Notes under the pieces: generated by a model
Told to the model about the DNA's origin: nothing
The model's input: only the letters and a program-made list of their open reading frames with translations
The model's database searches: none
Made by a program: the position numbers and the translations under genes
Source: the human T2T-CHM13v2.0 reference genome, Homo sapiens
Length of the DNA stretch: 64,000 nt
NCBI RefSeq assembly: GCF_009914755.1
Contig: NC_060933.1
Strand: one strand, 5' to 3'
Shown here: positions 14,290 to 29,400 of the stretch, piece by piece
Numbering within the stretch: the stretch's first letter is position 1
Layout: each line of letters opens with the position of its first letter

Positions 14290-17200
14290 TTGCACACGGG
14301 TCCATTCCATTCCATTCCATTCCATTCCATTCCATTCCATTTCGTTCCATTCCATTCTATTCCGTACCATTCCATTCCATTCCATTCCATTCCTTTCCAT
14401 TCCATTCGGGTTGAATCCATTCCTTTCCATTCCATTCCGTTCAATTCCATTCCATTGAACTCGGGTTGATTCCATTCCATTCCATGCCATTCCATTTCAT
14501 TCCGTTCCATTCCATTCCATTACATTCGGATTGATTCTTTTCAATTCCTTTACACTCCATTACATTCCATTCCATTCGGGTAGTTTCCGTTCCATTCCAT
14601 TCCATTCCACTCCATTGCATTGCACTCGGGTTGATTGATTCCATTCCATTGCATTCCATTCCATTCCATTCCATTCCGGATGAATCCATTCCATTGCATT
14701 CCATTCCATTCCATTCCCCTGCACTCGGGTTGATTCCATTACATTCCATTCCGTTCCATTCCATTCCATTCCATTCCATTCTGTTCAGGTTAATTCCATT
14801 CCATTCCATTCCATTCCATTCCATTCCATTCCATTCCATTCCATTCCATTGCAATCGAGTTGTTTCCATTGCATTCCATTCCATTCCATTCCATTGCATT
14901 CCATTGCATTCCATTCCCCTGCACTCAGGTTGATTCCATTCCATTCCATTCCATTCCATTCCATTCCATTCCATTCCATTCCGGATGATTCCATTCCATT
15001 GCCTTCCATTCCACTCCATTCCCCTGCACTCCGGTTGATTCCATTCCATTCCATTCCATTCCATTCCATTCCATTCCATTCCATTCCATTCCATTTCGTT
15101 CCATTCCACTCTATTCCGTACCATTCCATTCCATTCCTTTCCATTCCAATCCATGCTATTCCACTCGGGTTGATTCCATTCCTTTCCATTCCATTCGAGT
15201 TGAATCCATTCCATTCCTTTCCGTTCCATTCCATTCCATTCCATTCCATTTCGTTCCATTCCATTCTATTCCGTACCATTCCATTCCATTCCATTCCGTT
15301 CCATTCCATTCCATGCCATTCCACTCGGGTTGATTCCATTGCTTTCCATTCCATTTGGGTTGAATCAATTCCATTCCATTCCATTCCATTCCATTCCATT
15401 CCATTCCATTCCATTCCATTGCACTAGGTTTGATTCCATTCCACTGCATTCCATTCCATTCCATTCCATTCCGTTCCATTCCATTCCATTACATTCGGAT
15501 TGATTGTATTCAATTCCCTTACACTCCATTTCATTCCATTCCATTCGGGTTGTTTCCATACCATTCCATTCCATTCTATTCCATTTCGTTCCATTCCATT
15601 CTATTCGGTACCATTCCATTCCATTCCATTCCATTCCATTCCATGCCATTCCACTTGGGTTGATTCCCTTCCTTTCCATTCCATTCGGGTTGAATCCATT
15701 CCATTCCATTCCATTCCATTCCATTCCATTCCATTCCTTCCATTCCATTCCTTTCTGTTCCAATCCGGATGACTCCATTCCATTGCATTCCATTCCATTC
15801 CATTCCCCTGCCCTCGGGTTCATTACATTCCATTCCATTTACTTCCATTCCATTCCATTCCATTCAATTCCATTCTATTCGGGTTAATTCCATTCCATTC
15901 CATTCCATTCCATTCCATTCCATTCCATTCCATTCCATTGCATTCCATTGCATTCCATTGCAATCGAGTTGATTCCATTCCATTCCATTCAATTCCGGAT
16001 GATTCCATTCCATTGCCTTCAATTCCATTCCATTCCCCTGCAGTCGGGTTGATTCCATTCCATTCCATTCCATTCCATTCCATTTCATTCCATTCCATTT
16101 GGTTCCATTCCATTCTATTCCGTACCATTCCATTCCATTCCATTCCATTCCATTCCATTCTATTCGGGTTGATTCCATTCCATTCCATGCCATTCCATTT
16201 CATTCCATTCCATTCCATTCCATTCCATTCCATTCCATTCCATTCCTTTCCGTTCCATTCCATTACATTCGGATTGATTATATTCAATTCCCTTACACTC
16301 CATTACATTCTATTCCATTCGTGTTGTTTCCATTCTATTCCATTCCATTCCAGTCCATTCCATTGCACTCTGGTTGATTCCATTCCATTCCCTTCCATTC
16401 CGTATGACTCCATTCCATTTCATTCCATTCCATTGCATTCCCCTGCACTGGAGTTGATTACATTCCATTCCATTCCCTTCCTTTCCGTTCCATTCGATTC
16501 TATCCGGGTTAATTCCATTCCATTCCATTCCATTCCATTCCATTCCATTGCAATCGAGTTGATTCCATTCCATTCCATTCCATTCCATTCCATTCCATTC
16601 CATTCCATTCCGGATGATTCCATTCCATTGCCTTCCATTCCATTCCATTACCATGCACTCGGGTTGTTTCCATTCCATTCCATTCCATTCCATTCCATTC
16701 CATTTCGTTCCATTCGATTCTATTCCGTACCATTCAATTCCATTCCATTCCATGCCATTCCATTCCATTCCAGTCCATGCCATTCCACTCGGGTTGATTT
16801 CATTCCTTTCCATTCCATTCGAGTTGTATCCTTTGCATTCCATTCCATTCCATTCGATTCCATTCCATTGCACACGGGTTCATTCCATTCCATTCCATTC
16901 CATTCCATTCCATTCCATTTTGTTCCATTCCATTCTATTCCGTACCATTCCATTCCATTCCATTCCATTCCAGTCCATTCCATGCCATTCCACTCGGGTT
17001 GATTCCATTCCTTTCCATTCCATTTGGGTTGAATCCATTCCATTCCATTCCATTCCATTCGATTCCATTACATTACACTTGGGTTCATTCCATTCCATTC
17101 CATTCTATTCCATTTCATTCCATTCCATTCCATTCCATTCCATTCCATTCCATTCCATTCCATTCCATACCATTCCATTCCATTCCATTCCATGCCATTC

Positions 17201-20200
17201 CACTCGGGTTGATTCCATTCCTTTCCATTCCTTTCGAGTTGAACCCATTCCATTCCATTCCATTCCATTCCATTCCATTGCACACGGGTTCATTCCATTC
17301 CATTCCATTCCATTCCATTTCGTTTTTTTCCATTCTATTCCATACCATTCCATTCCATTCCATTCCATTCCATGCCATTCCACTCGGGTTTATTCCATTC
17401 CTTTCCATTCCATTCGGGTTCAATCCATTCCATTCCCTTCCATTCCATTTGATTCCATTCCATTGCACTCGGGTTGATTCCATTCCATTCCATGCCATTC
17501 CATTTCATTCAATTCCATTCCATTCCATTCCATTCTATTCCGTTCCATTCCATTCCATTACATTCGTATTGATTCTTTTTAATTCCCTTACACTCCATTA
17601 CATTCCATTCCATTCGGGTACTTTCCATTCCATTCCATTCCATTCCACTGCATTCTATTGCACTCGGGTTGATTGATTCCATTCCATTGCATTCCATTCC
17701 ATTCCATTCCCCTGAACTCGGGTGGATTCCATTCCATTCCATTCCATTCCATTCCGTTCCATTCCATTCCATTCCATTCCATTCTGTTCAGGTTAATTCC
17801 ATTCCATTCCATTCCCTTCCATTCCATTCCATTCTATTCCATTCCATTCCATTCCATTCCCCTGCACTCAGTTTGATTCCATTCCATTCCATTCCATTCC
17901 ATTCCGTTCCATTCCATTCCAATCCATTCTATTCGCATTAATTCCATTCAATTCCATTCCATTACATTCCATTGCAATCGAGTTGATTCCATTCCATTCC
18001 ATTCCATTCCATTCAAGTCCTTTCCATTCCATTCCACTCGTGTTGATTCCATTTTATTAGTTTCCATTCCATTCCATTCCCTTCCATTCCACTCTGGTTG
18101 ATTCCATTCCTTTCCATTCTACTCGAATGCATTCCCTTCTATTCCACTCTGATTGATTCCATTCCATTCTGTTCCATTCCATTCCATTTCGTTCCATTCC
18201 ATTCTATTCCATTCCATTCCATTCCATTCCTTTCCATTCCACTCCGTTCCATTCCATTCCATTCCATTCCATTTCTTTCCATTCCATTCTATTCCATACC
18301 ATTCCATTCCATTCCGTTCCATGCCATTCCACTCGGGTTGATTCCATTGCTTTCCATTCCATTTGGGTTGAATCCATTCCATTCCATTCCATTCCATTCC
18401 ATTCCATTCCATTCCATTCCATTCCATTGCATTCCATTCCATTGCACTAGGATTGATTCCATTCCACTGCATTCCATTCCATTCCATTCCATTCCATTCC
18501 GTTCCCTTCCATTCCACTCTGGTTGATTCCATTCCTTTCCATTCCACTCGAATACATTCCCTCCTATTCCACTCGGAACGATTCCATTCCATTCCATTCC
18601 ATTCCATTCCATTCCATTCCATTCCATTCCATTTCGTTCCATTACATTCTATTCCGTATCATTCCATTCCATTCCACTCGTGTTGATTCCATTCCTTTCC
18701 ATTCCATTCGGTTTAAAGGCATTCCATTCCATTCCATTGCATTCCATCCCATTCCATTCCATTCCAATCCGTTGCATTCCATTCCATTACATTCGGATTG
18801 ATTCTATTCAACTCCCTTACTCTCCATTACATTCCATTCCATTCGGGTTGTTCCATTCCATTCCATTCAATTCCACTCCATTCCATTGCACTCGGGTTGA
18901 TTCCATTCCTTTCCATTCCATTCCATTCCATTCCGGATGATTCCATTCCATTGCATTCCGTTCCATTACATTCCCCTGCACTCGCGTTGATTCCATTCCA
19001 TTCCATTCCATTCCATTCCATTCAATTCCATTCTATTACAATTCGTTCCATTCCATTCTATTCCGTACCATTCCATTCCATTCCATACCATTCCATTCTA
19101 TTCCATTCCATTCCATTCCATTTCGTTCCATTCCGTTCCATTCCATTCCATTCCATTCTATTCGGGTTAATTCCATTCCATTCCATTCCATTCCATTCCA
19201 TTCCATTCCAATCTATTCCAGTCGATTGCAATCGAGTTGAATCCATTGCATTTCATTCCATTCCATTCCATTCCATTCCATTGCAATCGAGTTGAGTCCA
19301 TTGCATTTCATTCCATTCCATTCCATTCCATTCCATTCCGGAAGATTCCATTCCATTGCATTCCATTCCATTCCATTCCCCTGCACTCGCGTTGATTCCA
19401 TTCCATTCCATTCCATTCCATTCCATTCCGTTCCGTTCCGTTCCGTTCCATTTCATTCCATTCCATTCCATTCCATTCCGTTCCGTTCCATTCCATTCCA
19501 TTCCATTCTATTCGGGTTAATTCCATTCCATTCCATTCGATTGCAATCGAGTTGATTCCATTCCATTCCATTCCAATCCATTCCATTCCAATCGAGTTGA
19601 TTCCATTCCATTCCATTCCATTCCATTCCACTCCATTCCAGTCCTTTCCATTCCATTCCACTCGGGTTGATTCCATTCTATTCCTTTCCATTCCATTCCA
19701 TTCCATTGCAATCGAGTTGATTCCATTGCTATGCATTCCATTCCATTCCATTCCATTCCGGATGATTCCATTCCATTGCATTCCATTCCATTCCATTTCC
19801 CTGCACTCGGGTTGATTCCATTCCATTCCACTCCATTCCCTTCCATTCCATTCCATTCCATTGTATTCGGGTTAATTCCATTCCATGCCATTTCATTCCA
19901 TTCCATTCCATTCCATTCCATTCTATTACAATCGAGTTGATTCCATTCCATTCCATTCCATTCCATTCCATTCCATTCCAGTCCTTTCCATTCCATTCCA
20001 CTCGGGTTGATTCCATTCTATTAGTTTCCATTCCATTCCATTCCCTTCCATTCCACTCTGGTTGATTCCATTCCTTTCCATTCCACTCGAATACATTCCC
20101 TCCTATTCCACTTGGAACGATTCCATTCCATTCCATTCCATTCCATTCCATTCCATTCCATTCCATTCCATTCCATTTCCTTCCATTCCATTCTATTCCG

Positions 20201-22500
20201 TACCATTCCATTCCATTCCATTCCTTTCCATTCCATTCCATTCCATTCCACTCTTGTTGATTCAATTCCTTTCCATTCCATTCGGTTTGAAGGCATTCCA
20301 TTCCATTAAATTCCATTCCATTCCATTCCATTCCATTCCATTCCATTGTACTCGGGTTGATTCCATTCCATTGCATTCCATTCCATTCCATTCCATTCCA
20401 TTCCGTTGCATTCCATTCCATTACATTCGGACTGTTTCTATTCAACTCTCTTACTCTCCATTCCATTCCATTCCATTCCATTCCATTCCATTCCATTCCA
20501 TTTCGTTCCATTCCACTCTATTCCGTACCATTCCATTCCATTCCTTTCCATTCCAATCCATGCTATTCCACTCGGGTTGATTCCATTCCTTTCCATTCCA
20601 TTCGAGTTGAATCCATTCCATTCCATTCAATTCCATTCGATTCCATTCCATTGCACACGGGTCCATTCCATTCCATTCCATTCCATTCCATTCCATTCCA
20701 TTTCGTTCCATTCTATTCTATTCCGTACCATTCCTTTCCATTCCATTCCATTCCTTTCCATTCCATTCGGGTTGAATCCATTCCTTTCCATTCCATTCCG
20801 TTCAATTCCATTCCATTGAACTCGGGTTGATTCCATTCCATTCCATGCCATTCCATTTCATTCCGTTCCATTCCATTCCATTACATTCGGATTGATTCTT
20901 TTCAATTCCCTTACACTCCATTACATTCCATTCCATTCGGGTAGTTTCCGTTCCATTCCATTCCATTCCACTCCATTGCATTGCACTCGGGTTGATTGAT
21001 TCCATTCCATTGCATTCCATTCCATTCCATTCCATTCCGGATGAATCCATTCCATTGCATTCCACTCCATTCCATTCCCCTGCACTCGGGTTGATTCCAT
21101 TCCATTCCATTCCATTCCATTCCGTTCCATTCCATTCCATTCCATTCCATTCTCTTCAGGTTAATTCCATTCCATTCCATTCCATTCCATTCCATTCCAT
21201 TCCATTCCATTCCATTGCAATCGAGTTGTTTCCATTGCATTCCATTCCATTCCATTCCATTGCATTCCATTGCATTCCATTCCCCTGCACTCAGGTTGAT
21301 TCCATTCCATTCCATTCCATTCCATTCCATTCCATTCCATTCCATTCCATTCCGGATGATTCCATTCCATTGCCTTCCATTCCACTCCATTCCCCTGCAC
21401 TCGGGTTGATTCCATTCCATTCCATTCCATTCCATTCCATTCCATTCCATTCCATTCCATTTCGTTCCATTCCACTCTATTCCGTACCATTCCATTCCAT
21501 TCCTTTCCATTCCAATCCATGCTATTCCACTCGGGTTGATTCCATTCCTTTCCATTCCATTCGAGTTGAATCCATTCCATTCCTTTCCGTTGCATTCCAT
21601 TCCATTCCATTCCATTTCGTTCCATTCCATTCTATTCCGTACCATTCCATTCCATTCCATTCCATTCCATTCCATTCCATTCCATTCCGTTCCATTCCAT
21701 TCCATGCCATTCCACTCGGGTTGATTCCATTGCTTTCCATTCCATTTGGGTTGAATCCATTCCATTCCATTCCATTCCATTCCATTCCATTCCATTCCAT
21801 TCCATTGCACTAGGTTTGATTCCATTCCACTGCATTCCATTACATTCCATTCCATTCCGTTCCATTCCATTCCATTACATTCGGATTGATTGTATTCAAT
21901 TCCCTTACACTCCATTTCATTCCATTCCATTCGGGTTGTTTCCATACCATTCCATTCCATTCTATTCCATTTCGTTCCATTCCATTCTATTCGGTACCAT
22001 TCCATTCCATTCCATTCCATTCCATTCCATTCCATGCCATTCCACTTGGGTTGATTCCCTTCCTTTCCATTCCATTCGGGTTGAATCCATTCCATTCCAT
22101 TCCATTCCATTCCATTCCATTCCATTCCTTTCCATTCCATTGCACACGGGTTGATTCCATTCCATTCCTTTCTGTTCCATTCCGGATGACTCCATTCCAT
22201 TGCATTCCATTCCATTCCATTCCCCTGCCCTCGGGTTCATTACATTCCATTCCATTTACTTCCATTCCATTCCATTCCATTCAATTCCATTCTATTCGGG
22301 TTAATTCCATTCCATTCCATTCCATTCCATTCCATTCCATTCCATTGCATTCCATTGCATTCCATTGCAATGGAGTTGATTCCATTCCATTCCATTCAAT
22401 TCTGGATGATTCCATTCCATTGCCTTCAATTCCATTCCATTCCCCTGCACTCGGGTTGATTCCATTCCATTCCATTCCATTCCATTCCATTCCATTCCAT
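14290..22500 (+). repeat. Dispersed direct duplication: ~14290-16100 matches ~20650-22500 (offset ~6.36-6.39 kb)
   Basis: Matching ORF boundaries and translations 14441/20802, 14560/20921, 14631/20992, 15430/21816, 15500/21886. Shared variants cccctgccctcggg and cctttctgttcc. Confidence 0.85.
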
Positions 22501-25500
22501 TTCATTCCATTCCATTTCTTTCCATTCCATTCTTTTCCGTTCCATTCCATTCCATTCCATTCCATTACATTCCATTCCATTCCTTTCCTTTCCATTCTAT
22601 TCGGGTTAATTCCATTCCATTCCATTCCATTCCATTCCTTTCCATTCCGTTCCATTCAATTCCATTACATTCGGATTGATTCTTTTTAATTCCCTTACAC
22701 TCCATTACATTCTATTCCATTCGGGTAGTTTCCATACCATTCCATTCCATTCCACTGCATTCTATTGCACTCGGGTTGATTGATTCCATTCCATTGCATT
22801 CCATTCCATTCCATTCCATTCGGGATGATTCCATTCCATTGCATTCCATTGCATTCCATTCCCCTGTACTCGGGTTGATCCCATTCCATTGCATTCCATT
22901 CCATTCCATTCCATTCCATTCCATTCCGTTCCGTTCCATTCCATTCCCTTCCATTCTCTTCAGGTTAATTCCATTCCATTCCATTCCCTTCCATTCCATT
23001 CCATTCCATTCCATGCCATTCCACTCGGGTTGATTCCATTCCTTTCCATTCCATTCGAGTTGAACCCATTCCATTCCATTCCATTCCATTGCATTCCACT
23101 CGGGTTGATTCCATTCCTTTCCATTCCATTCGGGTTGAAACCATTCCATTCCATTCCATTCCTTTCGATTCCATTCCATTTCACTCGGGTTGATCCCATT
23201 CCATTGCATTCCATTCCATTCCATTGCATTCCATTCCGTTCCATTCCATTCCATTCCATTCGTATTGATTCTATTCAATTCCCTTACTCTCCATTACATT
23301 CCATTCCTTTCGGGTTGTTTCCATTCCATTCCATTCCATTCCACTCCATTCCATTTCAATCGGGTGATTCCATTCCATTCCATTGCATTTCATTCCATTC
23401 CATTCCATTCCGTATGATTCCATGCCATTGCATTCCATTCCATTCCATTCCCTTGCACTCGGGTGGATTCCATTCTATTCCATTCCATTCCATTCCATTC
23501 CATTCCATTCCATTATATTCGGGTTAATTTCATTCCATTCCATTCCATTCCCTTCCATTGCATTCCATTCCATTCCATTCCATTCCATTGAAATCGAGTT
23601 GATTCCTTTCCATTCCATTCCATTCCATTCCATTCCATTCCATTCCATTCCATTCTATTCGGGTTAATTCCATTCCATTCCATTCCATTCCATTCCCTTC
23701 CATTCCATTCTATTCCATTCCATTCCATTCCATTCTATTAGGGTTAATTCCATTCCATTCCATTCCATTCCATTCCATCCCATTCCATTCCATTCCATTG
23801 CAATCGAGTTGATTCCATTCCATTCCATTCCATTCCATTCCATTCAATTCCATTGAACTCGGGTTAATTCCATTCCATTCCATTCCATTCCATTCCCTTC
23901 CATTCCATTCTTTTCCATTCCATTCCATTCCATTCCATTCTATTAGGGTTAATTCCATTCCATTCCATTCCATTCCATTCCATCCCATTCCATTCCATTC
24001 CATTGCAATCGAGTTGATTCCATTCCATTCCATTCCATTCCATTCCATTCAATTCCACTGAACTCGGGTTGATTCCATTACATTCCATGCCATTCCATTT
24101 CATTCCATTCCATTCCATTCCATTCCATTCCATTCCATTCCTTTCCGTTCCATTCCATTACATTCGGATTGATTATATTCAATTCCCTTACACTCCATTA
24201 CATTCTATTCCATTCGTGTTGTTTCCATTCTATTCCATTCCATTCCACTCCATTCCATTACACTCTGGTTTATTCCATTCCATTCCCTTCCATTCCGTAT
24301 GACTCCATTCCATTTCATTCCATTCCATTGCATTCCCCTGCACTGGAGTTGATTACATTCCATTCCATTCCCTTCCTTTCCGTTCCATTCCATTCTATTC
24401 GGGTTAATTCCATTCCATTCCATTACATTCCATTCCCTTCCATTCCATTCCATTCCATTCCATTCCATTCCATTCCATTCGATTCTATACGGGTTAATTC
24501 CATTCCATTCCATTCCATTCCATTCCATTCCATTGCAATCGAGTTGATTCCATTCCATTCCATTCCATTCCATTCCATTCCATTCCATTCCGGATGATTC
24601 CATTCCATTGCCTTCCATTCCATTCCATTACCATGCACTCGGGTTGTTTCCATTCCATTCCATTCCATTCCATTCCATTCCATTCCATTTCGTTCCATTC
24701 GATTCTATTCCGTACCATTCAATTCCATTCCATTCCATGCCATTCCATTCCATTCCAGTCCATGCCATTCCACTCGGGTTGATTTCATTCCTTTCCATTC
24801 CATTCGAGTTGTATCCTTTGCATTCCATTCCATTCCATTCGATTCCATTCCATTGCACACGGGTCCATTCCATTCCATTCCATTCCATTCCATTTCGTTC
24901 CATTCCATTCTATTCCGTACCATTCCATTCCATTCCATTCCATTCCAGTCCATTCCATGCCATTCCACTCGGGTTGATTCCATTCCTTTCCATTCCATTT
25001 GGGTTGAATCCTTTCCATTCCATTCCATTCCATTCGATTCCATTACATTACACTTGGGTTCATTCCATTCCATTCCATTCCATTCCATTTCATTCCATTC
25101 CGTTCCATTCCATTCCATGCCCTTCCATTCCATTCCATTCCATACCATTCCATTCCATTCCATTCCATGCCATTCCACTCGGGTTGATTCCATTCCTTTC
25201 CATTCCTTTCGAGTTGAACCCATTCCATTCCATTCCATTCCATTCCATTCCATTGCACACGGGTTCATTCCATTCCATTCCATTCCATTCCATTTCGTTT
25301 TTTTCCATTCTATTCCGTACCATTCCATTCCATTCCATTCCATTCCATGCCATTCCACTCGGGTTTATTCCATTCCTTTCCATTCCATTCGGGTTCAATC
25401 CATTCCATTCCCTTCCATTCCATTCGATTCCATTCCATTGCACTCGGGTTGATTCCATTCCATTCCATGCCTTTCCATTTCATTCAATTCCATTCCATTC

Positions 25501-26460
25501 CATTCCATTCTATTCCGTTCCATTCCATTCAATTACATTCGTATTGATTCTTTTTAATTCCCTTACACTCCATTACATTCCATTCCATTCGGGTACTTTC
25601 CATTCCATTCCATTCCATTCCACTGCATTCTATTGCACTCGGGTTGATTGATTCCATTCCATTGCCTTCCATTCCATTCCATTCCCCTGAACTCGGGTGG
25701 ATTCCATTCCATTCCATTCCATTCCATTCCGTTCCATTCCATTCCATTCCATTCTGTTCAGGTTAATTCCATTCCATTCCATTCCCTTCCATTCCATTCC
25801 ATTCTATTCCATTCCATTCCATTCCATTCCCCTGCACTCAGTTTGATTCCATTCCTTTCCATTCCATTCCATTCCGTTCCATTCCATTCCAATCCATTCT
25901 ATTCGCATTAATTCCATTCAATTCCATTCCATTACATTCCATTGCAATCGAGTTGATTCCATTCCATTCCATTCCATTCCATTCAAGTCCTTTCCATTCC
26001 ATTCCACTCGTGTTGATTCCATTTTATTAGTTTCCATTCCATTCCATTCCCTTCCATTCCACTCTGGTTGATTCCATTCCTTTCCATTCTACTCGAATGC
26101 ATTCCCTTCGATTCCACTCTGATTGATTCCATTCCATTCTGTTCCATTCCATTCCATTTCGTTCCATTCCATTCTATTCCATTCCATTCCATTCCATTCC
26201 TTTCCATTCCATTCCGTTCCATTCCATTCCATTCCATTCCATTTCTTTCCATTCCATTCTATTCCATACCATTCCATTCCATTCCGTTCCATGCCATTCC
26301 ACTCGGGTTGATTCCATTGCTTTCCATTCCATTTGGGTTGAATCCATTCCATTCCATTCCATTCCATTCCATTCCATTCCATTGCATTCCATTCCATTGC
26401 ACTAGGATTGATTCCATTCCACTGCATTCCATTCCATTCCATTCCATTCCATTCCGTTCC
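16200..26460 (+). repeat. Dispersed direct duplication: ~16200-18500 matches ~24090-26460 (offset ~7.9-8.0 kb)
   Basis: Shared private variants gcactggagttgattac, cattaccatgcac, gagttgtatcctttg, cgtttttttcc and attcgcatta. ORFs 16614/24594, 18098/26068 and 18153/26123 match. Confidence 0.88.
19336..19348. promoter_or_regulatory. Perfect three-unit HSE match TTCcgGAAgaTTC; function untested
   Basis: Sequence ttccggaagattcc fits nTTCnnGAAnnTTCn. Confidence 0.4.
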
Positions 26461-29400
26461 ATTCCATTCCATTACATTCGTATTGATTGTATTCAATTCC
26501 CTTACACTCCATTACATTCCATTCCATTCGGGTTGTTTCCATTCCATTCCATTCCATTCCACTCCATTCCATTGCAGTCGGGTTGATTCCATTCCATTCC
26601 ATTCCATTCCCTTCCATTCCATTTCGTTCCATTCCATTCTATTCCATACCATTCCATTCCATTCCATTCCATTCCATTCCATTCCATTCCATGCCATTCC
26701 ACTCGGGTTGATTCCATTCCATTCCATTCCATTCGGGTTGAAACCATTCCATTCCATTCCATTCCATTCCATTCCATTCCGGATGATGGCATTCCATTGC
26801 CTTCCATTCAATTGCATTCCCCTGCACCCGGGTTGATTCCATTCAATTACATTCCATTCCATTCCGTTCCATTCCATTCCATACCATTCCATTCCATTCC
26901 ATTCCATTCTATTCGGGTTAATTCCATTCCATTCCATTCAATTTCATTGCAATCGGGTTGATTCCATTCCGTTCCATTCCATTGCATTCCATTCCATTCC
27001 ATTCCATTCCATTCCATTCCATTCCATTCCACTCGGGTTGATTCCATTCCTTTCCATTCCATTCGGGGTGAAGCCTTTCCATTCCATTCCATTCCTTTCG
27101 AATCCATTCCATTGCACTCGGGTTGATCCCATTCCATTGCATTCCATTCCATTCCATTACATTCCATTCCATTCCATTCCGTTCCATTCAATTCCATTAC
27201 ATTGGGATTGATTATATTCAATTCCCTTACACTCCATCACATTCCATTCCATTCGGGTTGTTTCCATTCCATTCCATTCCATTCCATTCCATTCCATTCC
27301 ATTCCATTCCGTATGATTCCATTCCATTGCATTCTATTCCATTCCATTCCCCTGCAGTCGTGTGGATTCCTTTCTATTCCATTCCATTCCATTCCATTCC
27401 ATTCCATTCCATTCCATTGAAATCGAGTTGATTCCATTCCATTCCATTCCATTCCATTCCATTCCATTCCATTCTATTCGGGTTAATTCCATTCCATTCC
27501 ATTCCATTCCATTCCATTCCATTCCATTCCGGATGATTCCATTCCATTGCATTCCATTCCATTCCATTCCCCTGCACTCAGATTGATTCCATTCCATCCC
27601 ATTCCTTTCCATTCCATTCCATTCCATTCTATTCGCGTTAATTCCATTCAATTCCATGCCATTCCATTACATTCCATTGCAATCGAGTTGATTCCATTCC
27701 ATTCCGTTCCATTCCATTCCATTCCATTCCATTTCGATCCATTCCATTCTATTCCGTACCATTCCATTCCATTCCATTCCATTCCATTCCATTCCATTCC
27801 ATGCCATTCCACTCGGGTTGATTCTATTGCTTTCCATTCCATTTGGGTTGAATCCAATCCATTCAATTGCATTCCATTCCATTCCATTCCATTCCATTCC
27901 ATTGCACTAGGTTTGATTCCATTCCACTGCATTCCATTCCATTCCATTCCGTTCCATTCCATTCCATTACATTCGGATTGATTGTATTCAATTCCTTACA
28001 CTCCATTACATTCCATTCCATTCGGGTTGTTTCCATTCCGTTCCATTCCATTCCATTCCATTCCATTGCACTCAGGTTGATTGCATTCCATTCCATTCCA
28101 TTCCATTCCATTCCATTTCGTTCCATTCCATTCTATTCCGTACCATTCCATTCCATTCCATTCCATTCCATGCCATTCCACTCGGGTTTATTCCATTCCT
28201 TTCCATTCCATTCGGGTTAAATCCATTCCATTCCATTCCGTTCCATTCCATTCCATTCCATTCTGTTCAGGTTAATTCCATTCCATTCCTTTCCCTTCCA
28301 TTCCATTCCATTCCATTCCATTGCAATCGAGTTTTTTCCATTGCATTCCATTCCATTACATTCCATTGCATTCCATTCCATTCCATTCCCCAGCACTCAG
28401 GTTGATTCCATTCGATTCCATTCCATTCCATTCCATTCCATTCCATTCCGTTCCATTCCATTCCATTCCATTCTATTCGCTTTAATTGCATTCCATTCCA
28501 TTCCATTGCATTCCATTGCAATCGAGTTGATTCCATTCCTTTCCGTTCCATTCCATTCCATTCCATTCCATTTCGTTCCATTCCATTCTATTCCGTACCA
28601 TTCCATTCCATTCCATTCCATTCCATTCCATTCCGTTCCATTCCATTCCATGCCATTCCACTCACGTTGATTCCATTGCTTTCCATTCCATTTGGGTTGA
28701 ATCCATTCCATTCCATTCCATTCCATGCCATTCCATTCCATTCCATTGCACTAGGTTTGATTCCATTCCACTGCATTCCATTCCATTCCATTCCATTCCG
28801 TTCCATTCCATTCCATTACATTCGGATTGATTGTATTCAATTCCCTTACAGTCCATTTCATTCCATTCCATTCGGGTTGTTTCCATACCATTCCATTCCA
28901 TTCTATTCCATTTCGTTCCATTCCATTCTATTCGGTACCATTCCATTCCATTCCATTCCATTCCATTCCATGCCATTCCACTTGGGTTGATTCCCTTCCT
29001 TTCCATTCCATTCGGGTTGAATCCATTCCATTCCATTCCATTCCATTCCATTCCTTTCCATTCCATTGCACACGGGTTGATTCCATTCCATTCCTTTCTG
29101 TTCCATTCCGGATGACTCAATTCCATTGCATTCCATTCCATTCCATTCCCCTGCCCTCGGGTTCATTACATTCCATTCCATTTACTTCCAATCCATTCCA
29201 TTCCATTCAATTCCATTCTATTCGGGTTAATTCCATTCCATTCCATTCCATTCCATTCCATTCCATTCCATTCCATTCCATTCCATTCCATTCCATTGCA
29301 ATCGAGTTGATTCCATTCCATTCCATTCAATTCCATATGATTCCATTCCATTGCCTTCAATTCCATTCCATTCCCCTGCACTCGGGTTGATTCCATTCCA

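Larger units (their letters stand above)
1..15245 (+). repeat. ~10.0 kb-offset direct duplication (1-~5240 matches ~9992-~15245; first copy probably begins before the window)
   Basis: Identical spacer order and private variants. Matching ORF translations at offsets of 10001-10016 (255/10256, 1060/11071, 2836/12852, 4094/14100, 4554/14560). Copies differ mainly in pentamer counts. Confidence 0.92.
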
